From Candidatus Obscuribacteraceae bacterium (GTDB taxonomy: Bacteria; Cyanobacteriota; Vampirovibrionia; Obscuribacterales; Obscuribacteraceae), in assembly GCA_044226015.1 (NCBI GenBank), contig JBGAHS010000002.1, positions 256,001-320,000 of the forward strand: 64,000 nt of DNA. The letters are read 5' to 3'. A model generated the notes under the pieces. The model was not told where the DNA came from and ran no database searches. It saw only the letters and a list, made by a program, of their open reading frames with translations. How positions within the stretch are numbered: the first letter of the stretch is position 1; every line of letters starts with the position of its first letter. The position numbers were made by a program, and so were the translations under genes. Shown piece by piece: positions 1 to 9,513 of this stretch.

Positions 1-468
1 TTGCTGAACTTTGGTTCTAAATTAATCTGAATGACCCGAATATTGTAAGTACCTGGTCGCACCTTGATTTCATAGGCACCAAAGGGCTCGTCGTCCGGTA
101 ACTTAATGTCATCAAACTGAGCGCCCATCGTCAGGTGCCCGTAGTCACAGAGAATCAAGCGACTACCCGCAGCCATAATCGACCCACTCATTTCACGAGC
201 GCCACTCAGCAAAACCGGCTCGTGCTTGATTTCAATTCTCCATTCGCCACGCTTTCCGGTCGAACAACCGAGAAACCTGTAACGCCCCATCTGCTCAATA
301 AAATGCTCTTGCAGCTTGTCCCAGTCCCAGAAATTAGAGACGAAGGACGCATAACAAGCTGGGTCATAAATGGCGAAGAGCGAGAATTCATCGTTTACAG
401 GGTAGCGCCCATATTCCGCGGGCTTTGTCTCGAGAACGCTACCGTCCCCGTCTTCCCCGCCGTTCATC
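1..468 (-). CDS. Hypothetical protein, runs off the window start; true start unclear
   Basis: Manual translation gives an open minus frame from the TGA at 469-471 to base 1 (EYGRYPVNDEFSLFAIYDPACYASFVSNFWDWDKLQEHFIEQM...CDYGHLTMGAQFDDIKLP). Globular-protein-like composition. Absent from the ORF track because it has no stop in the window. Confidence 0.55.
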
Positions 469-726
469 TCATTCATCCAGCGATAAGTCAACGCGTTGAT
501 CTTCTCGCCTGGAACCAGCTTGCCCATAACCGCATCGCGCCGGCACGCCCAAATATCGGCGCGGCTGGACATACGCGTCAATATTTTTCCGTTCGGGAGT
601 CTGATGGCTGAAGGTTCGCCCATAAATGGTGCCTGATATCGTGTGCAACAGAAACAAGCTCACGCCAGAGCAAAGCATGCTTCGCCCTTGTCATACCACT
701 AAAATGCACCATTTTAACGGGTCGCG

Positions 727-1527
727 CTAAGCCTTAGCAGCACTCAATCGCGGGCGCTTGCTCGCGGACTTGATTATTGAGAGGAAATCTTCTGGCTTCA
801 AGCTGGCGCCGCCAATCAAGCCGCCGTCGATTTGCTCTTCCGCAAGAAGCTCGTCAGCGTTTTTCGCGTTCATGCTTCCACCGTAGAGAATCGGCACTTT
901 ATCAGAATCATCTTTGTCTTCGAGGAATTGCTTTAGCGTATTGCGAAGCACAGAAATTACGCGACTGGCTTCTTTAGCCTCGCAGGTCTTTCCGGTTCCG
1001 ATTGCCCAAACTGGCTCATAAGCGATGACAACTTTCATCAGTTCTGGAAGGGTGAGCCCTGTCAATGCGGCACCGACCTGGCGCTTAACCACGGGGTCGG
1101 TGAGGTTGTTTTCGCGCTCATCAAGCAACTCGCCAACACAGATTACTGGCACCAGACCCTGATCTAGCGCAGCTTTGACTTTGAGTGGAACCGATTGGTT
1201 AGTTTCACCATAATACTGACGGCGCTCGGAATGTCCGATGATTACGTACTTGCAGCCTGCATCCACGAGCATCTTCGCGGACACTTCACCGGTGTAGGCG
1301 CCTGATTCATGCTCATCCAGGTTCTGTGCGCCAACCTTGACTACGCTGCCGCTGGCCGCGCTGACTGCCACATCGAGGCTTGTGAAAGGAGGAAAAACGA
1401 CAATTTCGGGCAATACACTTTCGCCCTTGACACCTTGTGCAATTCCATCAACCAGTTCTTTTGCCTCAGCTCTGAGCTTATTCATCTTCCAGTTGCCGGC
1501 AATAATGGTCTGTCTTTGGTAGGTCAT
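727..1527 (-). CDS. tpiA: Triosephosphate isomerase
   Basis: AGNWKMN, GAYTGEVS, IGHSERR, AYEPVWAIGTG, LYGGS and DGGLIGGASL motifs. Confidence 0.98.
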   Translation of the reverse strand: MTYQRQTIIAGNWKMNKLRAEAKELVDGIAQGVKGESVLPEIVVFPPFTSLDVAVSAASGSVVKVGAQNLDEHESGAYTGEVSAKMLVDAGCKYVIIGHSERRQYYGETNQSVPLKVKAALDQGLVPVICVGELLDERENNLTDPVVKRQVGAALTGLTLPELMKVVIAYEPVWAIGTGKTCEAKEASRVISVLRNTLKQFLEDKDDSDKVPILYGGSMNAKNADELLAEEQIDGGLIGGASLKPEDFLSIIKSASKRPRLSAAKA

Positions 1528-1747
1528 TGTTTAGAGCTCCGTTGTTTCTTTTCGCAAAGCGAAAAACAGGATTTCGCAGAGTTACGACTCTGCCACCATG
1601 GTTTGGTCAACATTCAGGCGAATTTTATCGTCCTGATTGGCATCCTATTATAAGGCTTCAGTCAGGCAAGCAAAATTGCCTTACAATTGTTTTCAGACCA
1701 TTGCTTCACAGCTTGGCAAGTCTCACCCCGATACCCGCTGAAATTGG

Positions 1748-3067
1748 ATGTCCCAGGAAACAGTGACTGAACCGGAACAATACGGCACACTTCTTGAGCA
1801 GGCGCGCCGTTTGTTCGAAATCTCAGACCTTTCAGGCTCGTTCTTACTCCTGAAAGAGCACTGGCTAAGCGCTCCGCACGACGTTTGTGCGGTTCAACTC
1901 GTATGCGAAATCATGCGAAAAAATGGCAAACAAGATCTCTACAAACATCTGAAAGTCCTTGCGCAGAGCCAGGAAGCGCTGCTCAATAATGTGCAAGCAA
2001 TGTTTGAAGCTGGCTACCATTTCATTGAAGAACGAGAGCCAGAATTAGCGGTTATGCTGCTGAAACGATGCGCACAACTTGAGCCCGATCAAAGTGTAAT
2101 CAGATATGAACTTGGTTTTGCCTTGATGCAATTGCGCCGATTTCAGGATGCAATTGAGCAATTTGAAGAACTGCTGCAACACGATGGAGACTTTGATACT
2201 CGCCTAAACCTCGCCGTGTGTCACTCACTCACAAGAAACTTGAAACGAGCAAAAGAGCTAACCAAAGAACTCGAACGCCTCGTCGCAAATCAGGAGGAGA
2301 AAAAAGAACTAGCGCTGCGAAACTGGGTGATAAAGCGCCTGGAGAAATTCGACAGCAAACAGCAAATGGGAATTCGCGACTGGGTCTATTCACTTTACGG
2401 TTCTGTTTTGCTCAGCGACACAAATCCGAAATCACTTGATGGAAAAGCAAGAGGAGATGCGGCAGATTACCCGGGCGTGGCAAGTACACTCCTTGTTCTG
2501 AATGGATTATTGAAAGAACTCGGACTGAATTTCGACACAATAGAGTACTACAGCCCAATGTCGCGTCCACTGGCTGAGGCATTTGGCTTGATGTTAGATC
2601 TACCTGTAGACATTTATCGAGGTCCTGACAGGAAAGAATCGGCACTACTGATGATGGCATGGGCTTCAGACATAATAGGTCCGCACAGGTCATTCGTGCC
2701 GCATAGCCCACGCCGCAGTATTTTTGCCTACGGGCTCACAACTATGGCACAGCTGCCTGTCACCCCAGATATCATCGGGTGCCTTTCTGCTGATTGCTCG
2801 ATGCCCTGGGCTAAGGAATTGGATGAGTTAGATCCCAACGAAATCAAACCCAAGACCGACAAACAACACCCAATGAATAAAATTCAGGAAGAAGCAACAA
2901 ATCAGATTTTGGACAAATTGCGCAACCTCGAATCACATCCAGAAATTCTCAATCAAATTGAACAGCTGCACAGCTATTACAACAGCAAGCGCGAATGGCT
3001 TGTGCTCGACAATGCAAAGAATTTTCCAGAGCGTCCGGAATATACAGCTGAGATTCCTATCTCATGA
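1748..3067 (+). CDS. TPR-containing protein
   Basis: 439-aa ORF with TPR-like helices (YELGFALMQLRRFQDAIEQFEELL; RLNLAVCH). Its stop overlaps the cobS start. Confidence 0.75.
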   Translation: MSQETVTEPEQYGTLLEQARRLFEISDLSGSFLLLKEHWLSAPHDVCAVQLVCEIMRKNGKQDLYKHLKVLAQSQEALLNNVQAMFEAGYHFIEEREPELAVMLLKRCAQLEPDQSVIRYELGFALMQLRRFQDAIEQFEELLQHDGDFDTRLNLAVCHSLTRNLKRAKELTKELERLVANQEEKKELALRNWVIKRLEKFDSKQQMGIRDWVYSLYGSVLLSDTNPKSLDGKARGDAADYPGVASTLLVLNGLLKELGLNFDTIEYYSPMSRPLAEAFGLMLDLPVDIYRGPDRKESALLMMAWASDIIGPHRSFVPHSPRRSIFAYGLTTMAQLPVTPDIIGCLSADCSMPWAKELDELDPNEIKPKTDKQHPMNKIQEEATNQILDKLRNLESHPEILNQIEQLHSYYNSKREWLVLDNAKNFPERPEYTAEIPIS

Positions 3068-3831
3068 ACATGTTTCGAAAGCTGGCTCTAACTGCAGCTT
3101 ACATTACTAGTTTTCCCGGACTACCGCGAGCCGAGACCGAGGAAGATTTAGAGGGTTTAGCAAAATATCTGCCAACGGTAGGCACCGTCATTGGTGCCAT
3201 CGTATTTGCAGGAGCCTACGCTTGCGACTTGCTTTCGCACGAGCGCATACTCAGCTCATTTCTAACAGTTGGACTCTGGCTGCTTGTTACTGGCGCTATT
3301 CATCTTGATGGATTGATGGACACAGCTGACGGACTTTTCTCGCATCGAAGTCGCGACCAGATGCTTTCAATTATGAAAGACAGCCGAGTCGGAAACTTCG
3401 GAGCAATTTCCGGAGTTATGTTGCTCCTTGCAAAAATTATTGCGCTTTATTCACTAGAGCCTGGATGCATGAAGATGGCAGCGCTCTTGCTTATTCCAGC
3501 CTGGGCTCGCTGGTCTGAAGTTTTTGCGATCGTCTGCTTCCCTTACGCAAAGCAAGAGGGAATGGGCAAAGTATGGCACGAGAGTAGCAAGGTTTGGGAT
3601 CTTGCCTGGTCTGCAATCGTTCCATTAATCGTTACAGTCGCAATCGCAGCGAGCTGCCAGAACGCCTTACCCTTTATCGTAATGGTGGCAACAGCAGGCA
3701 CTGGAATCTTGTTCGCGCTGCGGGTCCACAATATTCTCTACGGGCATACAGGTGACACTTATGGCGCCACTGTCGAATTTTCCGAAGCCGCCGCACTTAT
3801 AATTCTGGCGTTGATGCAGTGCTGGATTTGA
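3064..3831 (+). CDS. cobS: Adenosylcobinamide-GDP ribazoletransferase (cobalamin synthase)
   Basis: TGAIHLDGLMDTADG, IMKDSRVGNFG and GHTGDTYGA motifs; multi-TM protein. Confidence 0.95.
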   Translation: MNMFRKLALTAAYITSFPGLPRAETEEDLEGLAKYLPTVGTVIGAIVFAGAYACDLLSHERILSSFLTVGLWLLVTGAIHLDGLMDTADGLFSHRSRDQMLSIMKDSRVGNFGAISGVMLLLAKIIALYSLEPGCMKMAALLLIPAWARWSEVFAIVCFPYAKQEGMGKVWHESSKVWDLAWSAIVPLIVTVAIAASCQNALPFIVMVATAGTGILFALRVHNILYGHTGDTYGATVEFSEAAALIILALMQCWI

Positions 3832-3950
3832 GTAAACTGCGGTCCCAAAAATCTCGAATGGACACTTAAGCTCGCCTCTCTGACGATGCGCCGTTACCAA
3901 AGCCAATGCTGCGGCAGTTTGAACAGGAAGTCGAAATACTACATTCTATG

Positions 3951-4459
3951 TCATGGAGTTGCCTTTTGCATCAGGGCGGGACAAGATGTTGATTCCCCCA
4001 ACAAGTAAGCGATCCATTCGTCAAGCGAGCCATTAACGCTATAAGTTGGCGATGTTGGGACCATTCCAGTGAGATATTGAACTGAACCATCCTTTTTTGG
4101 CGATGCAGGGATCATTCCCGTGGGATATTGAACTGACCCCTCCTTTCGTTGCCGCACAAGCCCCCCCCCATTAGCAAGGCTGCAGTACCGGATGAAAGAA
4201 ATGTTTCCTTTGACGAATTTTGAAAAGCAGTCGAACCCTCATTCTTAGATGATGATACGATGATTGAAATGATTTCCGTGATTTTGTACAGTGGCACATT
4301 GAGATTCAAAGCCAGCTAATCAACTGTTGGAACGCGGCCTTCTCTTTCCGCTTTACTGATAGCACGCATTAGCTTTCGACTTAAATCTTGGTCGGATTGC
4401 TCCAAATCATCCACCTGAATGACCTCTTGAAAGAGGGTGCCTAAATTCAATACTATCAT
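3951..4459 (-). pseudogene. Disrupted gene with a sigma-70 region-3-like HTH segment
   Basis: ATG at 4459 reads ...KAEREGRVPTVD*LALNLNVPLYKITEII. An in-frame TAG at 4316-4318 sits where Glu is expected. A probable frameshift at the C9/G9 run (~4161-4169) leads into the 3951-4157 ORF. Confidence 0.45.
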
Positions 4460-4506
4460 TCGCTTTCATAATGGTACTAACCACCCAATCGCAGACAATG
4501 TTTGTT

Positions 4507-4691
4507 TCCTGGAACAATGAGCTGTTGTTTTGGGTCTTTTGCAAGATTTGATGCTTTCAAGAAACAGGTCTCGGCTCTCTTAAGATCATCTGCCTTGAAT
4601 AATGAAGCACCTTGCTCATTAAGCGTGCTAAAATCTTGCGCTACCACTGGCAGTGGCATGAACCATGCATATCATTGCTGCAGTTAAGGTT
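4507..4691 (-). repeat. Diverged ~185-bp direct repeat, copy 1 (decayed secreted-TPR gene start)
   Basis: Aligns by eye with 5815-5999 (ggaacaatgagc...gcaagatt...gctcattaagcg.gctaaaatc.tgcgc.accac..gcagtggcat...ttgctgcagttaaggtt). Encodes PLPVVAQDFSTLNEQGA versus PLLVVAQDFSALNELGA. Confidence 0.85.
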
Positions 4692-4732
4692 TTCAATAAA
4701 TATGCACTGTCGATCAACGCCGCAACGCTCGA

Positions 4733-5227
4733 CTAGCCCTTAATCTCTCGTTTGAGTTCGGGAATAGTGACGAATAGGCGATTTGAGTCCGTGGGCCAAG
4801 CCCTGAAACCACGTCTCGCGTAGAAGTGTTTGGCAGAGTCATCCTTTGCGTCTACTACAACAGCTCTCTGTCCTGCGATTTCAGAGGCAGCTAGAGCCCT
4901 CATAAGAGCATCTAGCAGCAAACTATTGCCTAGACCTTTGCCGGACCAGTTTGTATCGACTGCCAACCTGGCCAGCATCATGACCGGGATGGGATATTTT
5001 CCCAATCCTTTGCGGACGTGTTCCGGTGAGTCTTTCCAGTCGATGCCACCAAAGACAATCGTGTAGTAAGCAACAACCTTGTTGCTATCGAGAACAACGT
5101 AAGTCCTTGCCCCTTCTCGCTTTTGCGTTTGTCTGGCATAGCGCTGTAGGTAGATATTCAGAGGCTCGACGCCACAGTTAAAGCTGTTCACGTCGTGTCC
5201 TTCTTCTAGAGGACAGGGCTCTTTCAT
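4733..5227 (-). CDS. GNAT-family acetyltransferase toxin (TacT/AtaT type)
   Basis: FNCGVEPLNIYL, PIPVMMLARLAVD, GKGLG and VVVDAKDDSAKHFY motifs; directly downstream of a DUF1778 gene. Confidence 0.92.
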   Translation of the reverse strand: MKEPCPLEEGHDVNSFNCGVEPLNIYLQRYARQTQKREGARTYVVLDSNKVVAYYTIVFGGIDWKDSPEHVRKGLGKYPIPVMMLARLAVDTNWSGKGLGNSLLLDALMRALAASEIAGQRAVVVDAKDDSAKHFYARRGFRAWPTDSNRLFVTIPELKREIKG

Positions 5228-5239
5228 TGAGCTTCAGCC

Positions 5240-5530
5240 CTATTCAAACACACTCTGTGACCTCATAAGCTTGCGCAATGCCGGGTTAGTCTTTGGCGGA
5301 TTGTCCAGGGCGTGGCAAATTGCGTTCCACTGCTCTTGTGAAACGGACATGATTTGCTGGTCTCGGATGATCTCCTGGGCGGCCGCATAGGCGTTGTCCA
5401 GGATAAACCTGCTGACCTGAGTCTGCTTGATAATCGCGGCCTGCTCAAAGGCTGACTTTTGCTCTTCAGTCACCCGTAGATTCAGGGTTTTGGCTTTGGT
5501 CGTTCTCGGTTTGCGTTGTGGTGAAGCCAT
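5240..5530 (-). CDS. DUF1778 ribbon-helix-helix antitoxin (TacA/AtaR type)
   Basis: LNLRVTEEQKSAFEQAA...SRFILDNAYAAAQ...ALDNPPKTNPALRKL. Confidence 0.92.
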   Translation of the reverse strand: MASPQRKPRTTKAKTLNLRVTEEQKSAFEQAAIIKQTQVSRFILDNAYAAAQEIIRDQQIMSVSQEQWNAICHALDNPPKTNPALRKLMRSQSVFE

Positions 5531-5542
5531 GGTCTTTTACCA

Positions 5543-5596
5543 ATTGTAGGGCTGTCAATAATTATGGCAAATTGTGTATTCATTGTCTACACAATT
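5543..5596 (-). promoter_or_regulatory. Putative TA promoter and inverted-repeat operator
   Basis: Minus-strand TTGCCA (5565-5570)-N16-TACAAT (5543-5548). Perfect inverted repeat AATTGTGTA-N9-TACACAATT at 5570-5596. Confidence 0.55.
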
Positions 5597-5814
5597 CAGC
5601 CGAATCTCCGCATTCGCGTGCGCCCACGTAATTCAGTAGAGCGGTTGTCGATGGCGATCTAAAAGCGCGGAAATGCGGTCGGCTGCGCACCGGCGGCTGT
5701 TGCTTTGAGCTGTGCTTCGGCAGTCATCATATCTAATTTGATTTTCTTGAGTTTTCCAGACGAATCATGAATTGCCAAAGTCGCTTTCGTTGAACTGAAA
5801 ATGCTTTTCGAATC

Positions 5815-5999
5815 TCCTAGAACAATGAGCAGTTGTTCCGTGTTTTTTGCAAGATTGGTGCTTTCAAAAAAAAAACAGGTCCCGGCTCTTTTACATCATT
5901 TACCTTCAAAAATGAGCACCTAGCTCATTAAGCGCGCTAAAATCCTGCGCCACCACAAGCAGTGGCATTGACCAGTATAATATTGCTGCAGTTAAGGTT
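5815..5999 (-). repeat. Diverged ~185-bp direct repeat, copy 2 (frameshifted gene remnant)
   Basis: Paralog of 4507-4691. Contains an A10 run at 5866-5875 and an early stop. Confidence 0.85.
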
Positions 6000-6200
6000 G
6001 TTTTCAGTTTAGACAACATCTGGAGGATCCCCATTCGATAGTAATAATTTTTTGCGTTTGCCAGTGGTATCATCACTTCTTTTGTACCATCTAGAGGCTG
6101 AAGAACGACCAATTCAAATAAGATATCTACTTGTCGGTTGAGCTTCCTTGTTGTTCGTGGAGGTCCACTTAAGGACTATCTTCTTGCAGAAAACGGATGG

Positions 6201-6944
6201 TCAGAGAGTTTCCTTTTCTTTCTGCAGCTCAACGATTCTTTTTTCGCAGAGCAGGGAGAGAATTTCTAAGATCGCATCGCGTGGCGGTCCGTATTCATTG
6301 AGCGCATGCTGGGCCTCGACCCGAGACCTGATCCTCAGAAATTCCTGGACCTTCTCAACGCTATCCAAATCTTGAACTTGTAGCTCCCATGACTGGAGAT
6401 ATAGCTTCCACTTGTAGCTCGCGAATTTGTCATACTCAGGCTTAAACTGCTCCAGAATTTTACTGCAAACCGCTACAAACGAATCATTTTGTTTTGAAGG
6501 GTTTGCCATCCATTTGGTTATGCGATAATTCAAATGTCGCATACAACGCTCTATTGCTAATTCCGCACAGCTGGCTTTTGACAACGCATCAGATAACTGT
6601 CTCCGTGTTTTAGGCTGCCAGATTTCATTAGCGGATGCTGCTTCGGTAGCTAGGCCTGCTTCGCCGACAAAGCTCACCACACTAGAAATTTCTTGCCGAA
6701 GTCTTGACGCGTTTTCTTTGTCCTTCTCAACAGCACCAATAATCGATCTTTTCTGTTTATAGTCTAATTTCGTGATTTCCAATTTGCTTAGTGTTGACCG
6801 GTCCCATTTCAACCGCTTATCCAGCATTTCCAGAGAATCACCATGTAATGGATAAATAGTATTTTTAAAAACTTCGAGCTGACGTGCAATTTCATCAATA
6901 TCGATTGAGGAGTTTTCTTGATCATTCATCGTGAAAAGCTCCAT
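6201..6944 (-). CDS. Hypothetical helical protein
   Basis: 247-aa ORF overlapping the end of the upstream gene; no motif recognised. Confidence 0.6.
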   Translation of the reverse strand: MELFTMNDQENSSIDIDEIARQLEVFKNTIYPLHGDSLEMLDKRLKWDRSTLSKLEITKLDYKQKRSIIGAVEKDKENASRLRQEISSVVSFVGEAGLATEAASANEIWQPKTRRQLSDALSKASCAELAIERCMRHLNYRITKWMANPSKQNDSFVAVCSKILEQFKPEYDKFASYKWKLYLQSWELQVQDLDSVEKVQEFLRIRSRVEAQHALNEYGPPRDAILEILSLLCEKRIVELQKEKETL

Positions 6945-7521
6945 GGCTTGATGTAACCAGAGTCAGTGCAGCTGTAGTTTTCAGGATTGCTGCCATGTGA
7001 TTTGAATATCGGGGGCTTTTAGAGATTAGCCGCAACAACGAAGATTTCTTAAATAAGGAAAGAAACGAAAATTCGGCCATGATAAGTTGTGAACCATCAT
7101 TCAAGATACATTCAATAGTGTTTCGACGGCGTGCGATCTTTTCACTAGATGCTGACAGGTCAGAGGCAAGCCTGAGCTCTTCTCCTGCAGAAATTCTAAA
7201 AGCAACTTTTCGGCTTGGCGCTTTTACAAAGCCAGGTCTTCCTGCAAGGTAATTTATGCGTGGAATCTGCTTCTCTTTTGCCAGATGAACAATAGCATCG
7301 GCAGGTAAAACAAGTACAAGATCACCGAGAGAAATTTTACATGGTCTTGTGGATTGCGCCACACACGACCCCCTCACCAAATCAAAACCCTCGGCTGTGA
7401 AGCCTCCGTTAATGTGGTCAGAGTACATAATTTGACAAAGCTTAGAATTTGAGTCCAGAATATAGGTGTCTCCTACTAAATGCTTAGTAAATGCTATTGC
7501 CAGGTATGCTCGAATATTCAC
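6922..7521 (-). CDS. Hypothetical protein; stand-alone copy of the C-terminal domain of the giant exoprotein
   Basis: GEE...IARRR...EFSFLSL...ILKTTAAL matches GEE...IGRR...EVSLLTL...LLKTASAI at ~63560-64000. Confidence 0.65.
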   Translation of the reverse strand: MNIRAYLAIAFTKHLVGDTYILDSNSKLCQIMYSDHINGGFTAEGFDLVRGSCVAQSTRPCKISLGDLVLVLPADAIVHLAKEKQIPRINYLAGRPGFVKAPSRKVAFRISAGEELRLASDLSASSEKIARRRNTIECILNDGSQLIMAEFSFLSLFKKSSLLRLISKSPRYSNHMAAILKTTAALTLVTSSHGAFHDE

Positions 7522-7786
7522 GCCGAGCTCAGATTTATGCTCTCAGTTCCAAAAATGTCTATACGTCTCACTGTTATATCATTAAGCTTATAAGAAGGCG
7601 TGTCCATTCCCAAAAGCACTTCGCTGCTAATTAAGACTTGTCCATTTGCTCGACCTCCAATAGAGTTTGCAGTGCCGGTAAAGACCGCTCATGAAAAATG
7701 CCTTTCTCCCTCGCTAATGGTGACCGTAGCGTATTGACTCAAATAAGAGAAGATCCTTTGAATCCGTGCACATTCGTCTTGCCTCA

Positions 7787-8005
7787 CTACCTGGACAAAA
7801 CATCAGTAGTGGCATTTTTACGCATTTCATCCAAGCGCTGGAGGTATTTCATTAGCTCAGTGTTGCTCCTAAGAAGACTCTCGGCCTCTGCATAAATTGA
7901 AAGTCTATTGTAGAGATCAAGCATGAGCACGTTTACCTCGATATTGTCCTTAATACTCCTGGCTTGCTGTGCATATTTCAAAGCAATGTCAAAATGCTGC
8001 AGCAA
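7787..8005 (-). pseudogene. Fragment of a TPR-like gene
   Basis: Short helical ORF (ALKYAQQA...LYNRLSIYAEAESLL) with stop-ridden sequence upstream. Confidence 0.35.
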
Positions 8006-8287
8006 GAACTCGGATTGAGCCTTTTGAAAGTAAATGCTGAACTGCTTGTCATTTAATTTGCGCTACTTTCGCAGTCCGCAAATCGGGAGAAGTCCAGCTC
8101 ACCAAGCAAGCGATTGATCGAATGAATGTGCAAATGGCTCCAATATTTGCGCGAATTTACCAGAGCATCTAAAAGAAGTTCTAGCTTGTAAGAGTACATC
8201 AACGAGCCCAAGAGAAAAGAGGAGCAAAAACGCAGTAAGGAAGCCGCTTAAAAACTGTAGATAGAACCTCGGGGCAGCTCATGCCGA

Positions 8288-9301
8288 TCACCGTTCTTTC
8301 TTTTTTCTTTCTTCAAGTATCTTTTGCTGGAAATGATTTAGTCTCTTATTTGGATAATACAACGGGTCGTAGATCAGATTGTCATACAAATGAATTTCAA
8401 AAACCTCGCCGTTTGGAGTGTCACCCAAGGTCTCGGATAATCTGCTGTCGTTGCAGACATATTTTACGAAACCCTCTGTGCGCAACTCGGTTTCTTTGAC
8501 TGGACAGATATTGAATTCATCATCTACCAATTTGAGCTCGTTGTCGACATGCGTAAACCCGCCGCGACTTACACGAAGACGAGCTAGAAGTCCAATCAAG
8601 CAACTCGAACCTATTGGCGGTTTAGCCAAGACAAGTCCAACGTCAGTTTTTTTTAGCTGAACCTTCACTTCGCCAATTTGGGAGTCTTCGTCAGCCCAGA
8701 AGCTTCTAATTCGTTCTTCTATTACGCACTTATTTCTGTCGATTTCATCAATCATTTTTACTTTTGTGAATCCTGTTTCTTGCAGCTTAATTCTTGGAAC
8801 ATCCCATCTTAATGTTGATTTGCGTTTGGGAAAAACCTGACATAGGCTCACCTCTGCTAAGTAATAAGACTTTGGAATCACATCGTTTCGGAGATCGAAG
8901 AAAAATGCCATCTGCGAAAAGACTTTTATTGCACTTAGCACCGAGTTTCTATCGGCTGCTGAGTGCAATAGTGCATACAACACTGATTTGTCTAGTTCAT
9001 TTCTCACTGCCATTGAGACGGCTTCAGTAGTACATTCAATGAAAGAATCATTGCTTTTGGGAAGTAAGTCTCTCACTGCTCTAGCTTCAGATGTCTTATT
9101 TGTAGCTACGTATGCGAACTGTAATAGATATGCAAATTCTCTTGAGAGCCTGTCTCGTTGTGGGTTTGCAAGACAGACTTCTAATCCTGCTCGCAAACCA
9201 GGGATAGAATAATCGTACTCTTTGAGAAATTGTATCCTCGAACGTAATTGAGAAAACAGGTTTTCGAGGTATTCTTCTTGCGTTTCATCACTGTTTGTCA
9301 T
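8288..9301 (-). CDS. Hypothetical protein
   Basis: 337-aa ORF; no motif recognised. Confidence 0.6.
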   Translation of the reverse strand: MTNSDETQEEYLENLFSQLRSRIQFLKEYDYSIPGLRAGLEVCLANPQRDRLSREFAYLLQFAYVATNKTSEARAVRDLLPKSNDSFIECTTEAVSMAVRNELDKSVLYALLHSAADRNSVLSAIKVFSQMAFFFDLRNDVIPKSYYLAEVSLCQVFPKRKSTLRWDVPRIKLQETGFTKVKMIDEIDRNKCVIEERIRSFWADEDSQIGEVKVQLKKTDVGLVLAKPPIGSSCLIGLLARLRVSRGGFTHVDNELKLVDDEFNICPVKETELRTEGFVKYVCNDSRLSETLGDTPNGEVFEIHLYDNLIYDPLYYPNKRLNHFQQKILEERKKKER

Positions 9302-9513
9302 TAGTTGTTTGTTCGAAAGGGGCTGATTTTGAGATACACTGCGGGGCGTTCATCCAATACGTTTGGTTTGAAATCAAGTTTTCGACTGGGAGGATGCCAG
9401 ACGGCGCTTTTGCAATCTCATGGCTTCAGATATTTTTGTCCTTTAGAGAGTTGTGTACCTCGATGGTGAGTTATTTACAGTTGGCAAACAGGCATCGTTT
9501 CCCTGGGCACAGA

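Noticed and set aside
469..471. In-frame TGA as a second selenocysteine codon
   Set aside because: No Cys/redox motif context (SLDE*DERR) and no convincing downstream hairpin.
135..611. 158-aa plus-strand ORF
   Set aside because: Probably the antisense shadow of the more protein-like minus-strand frame running off the window start.
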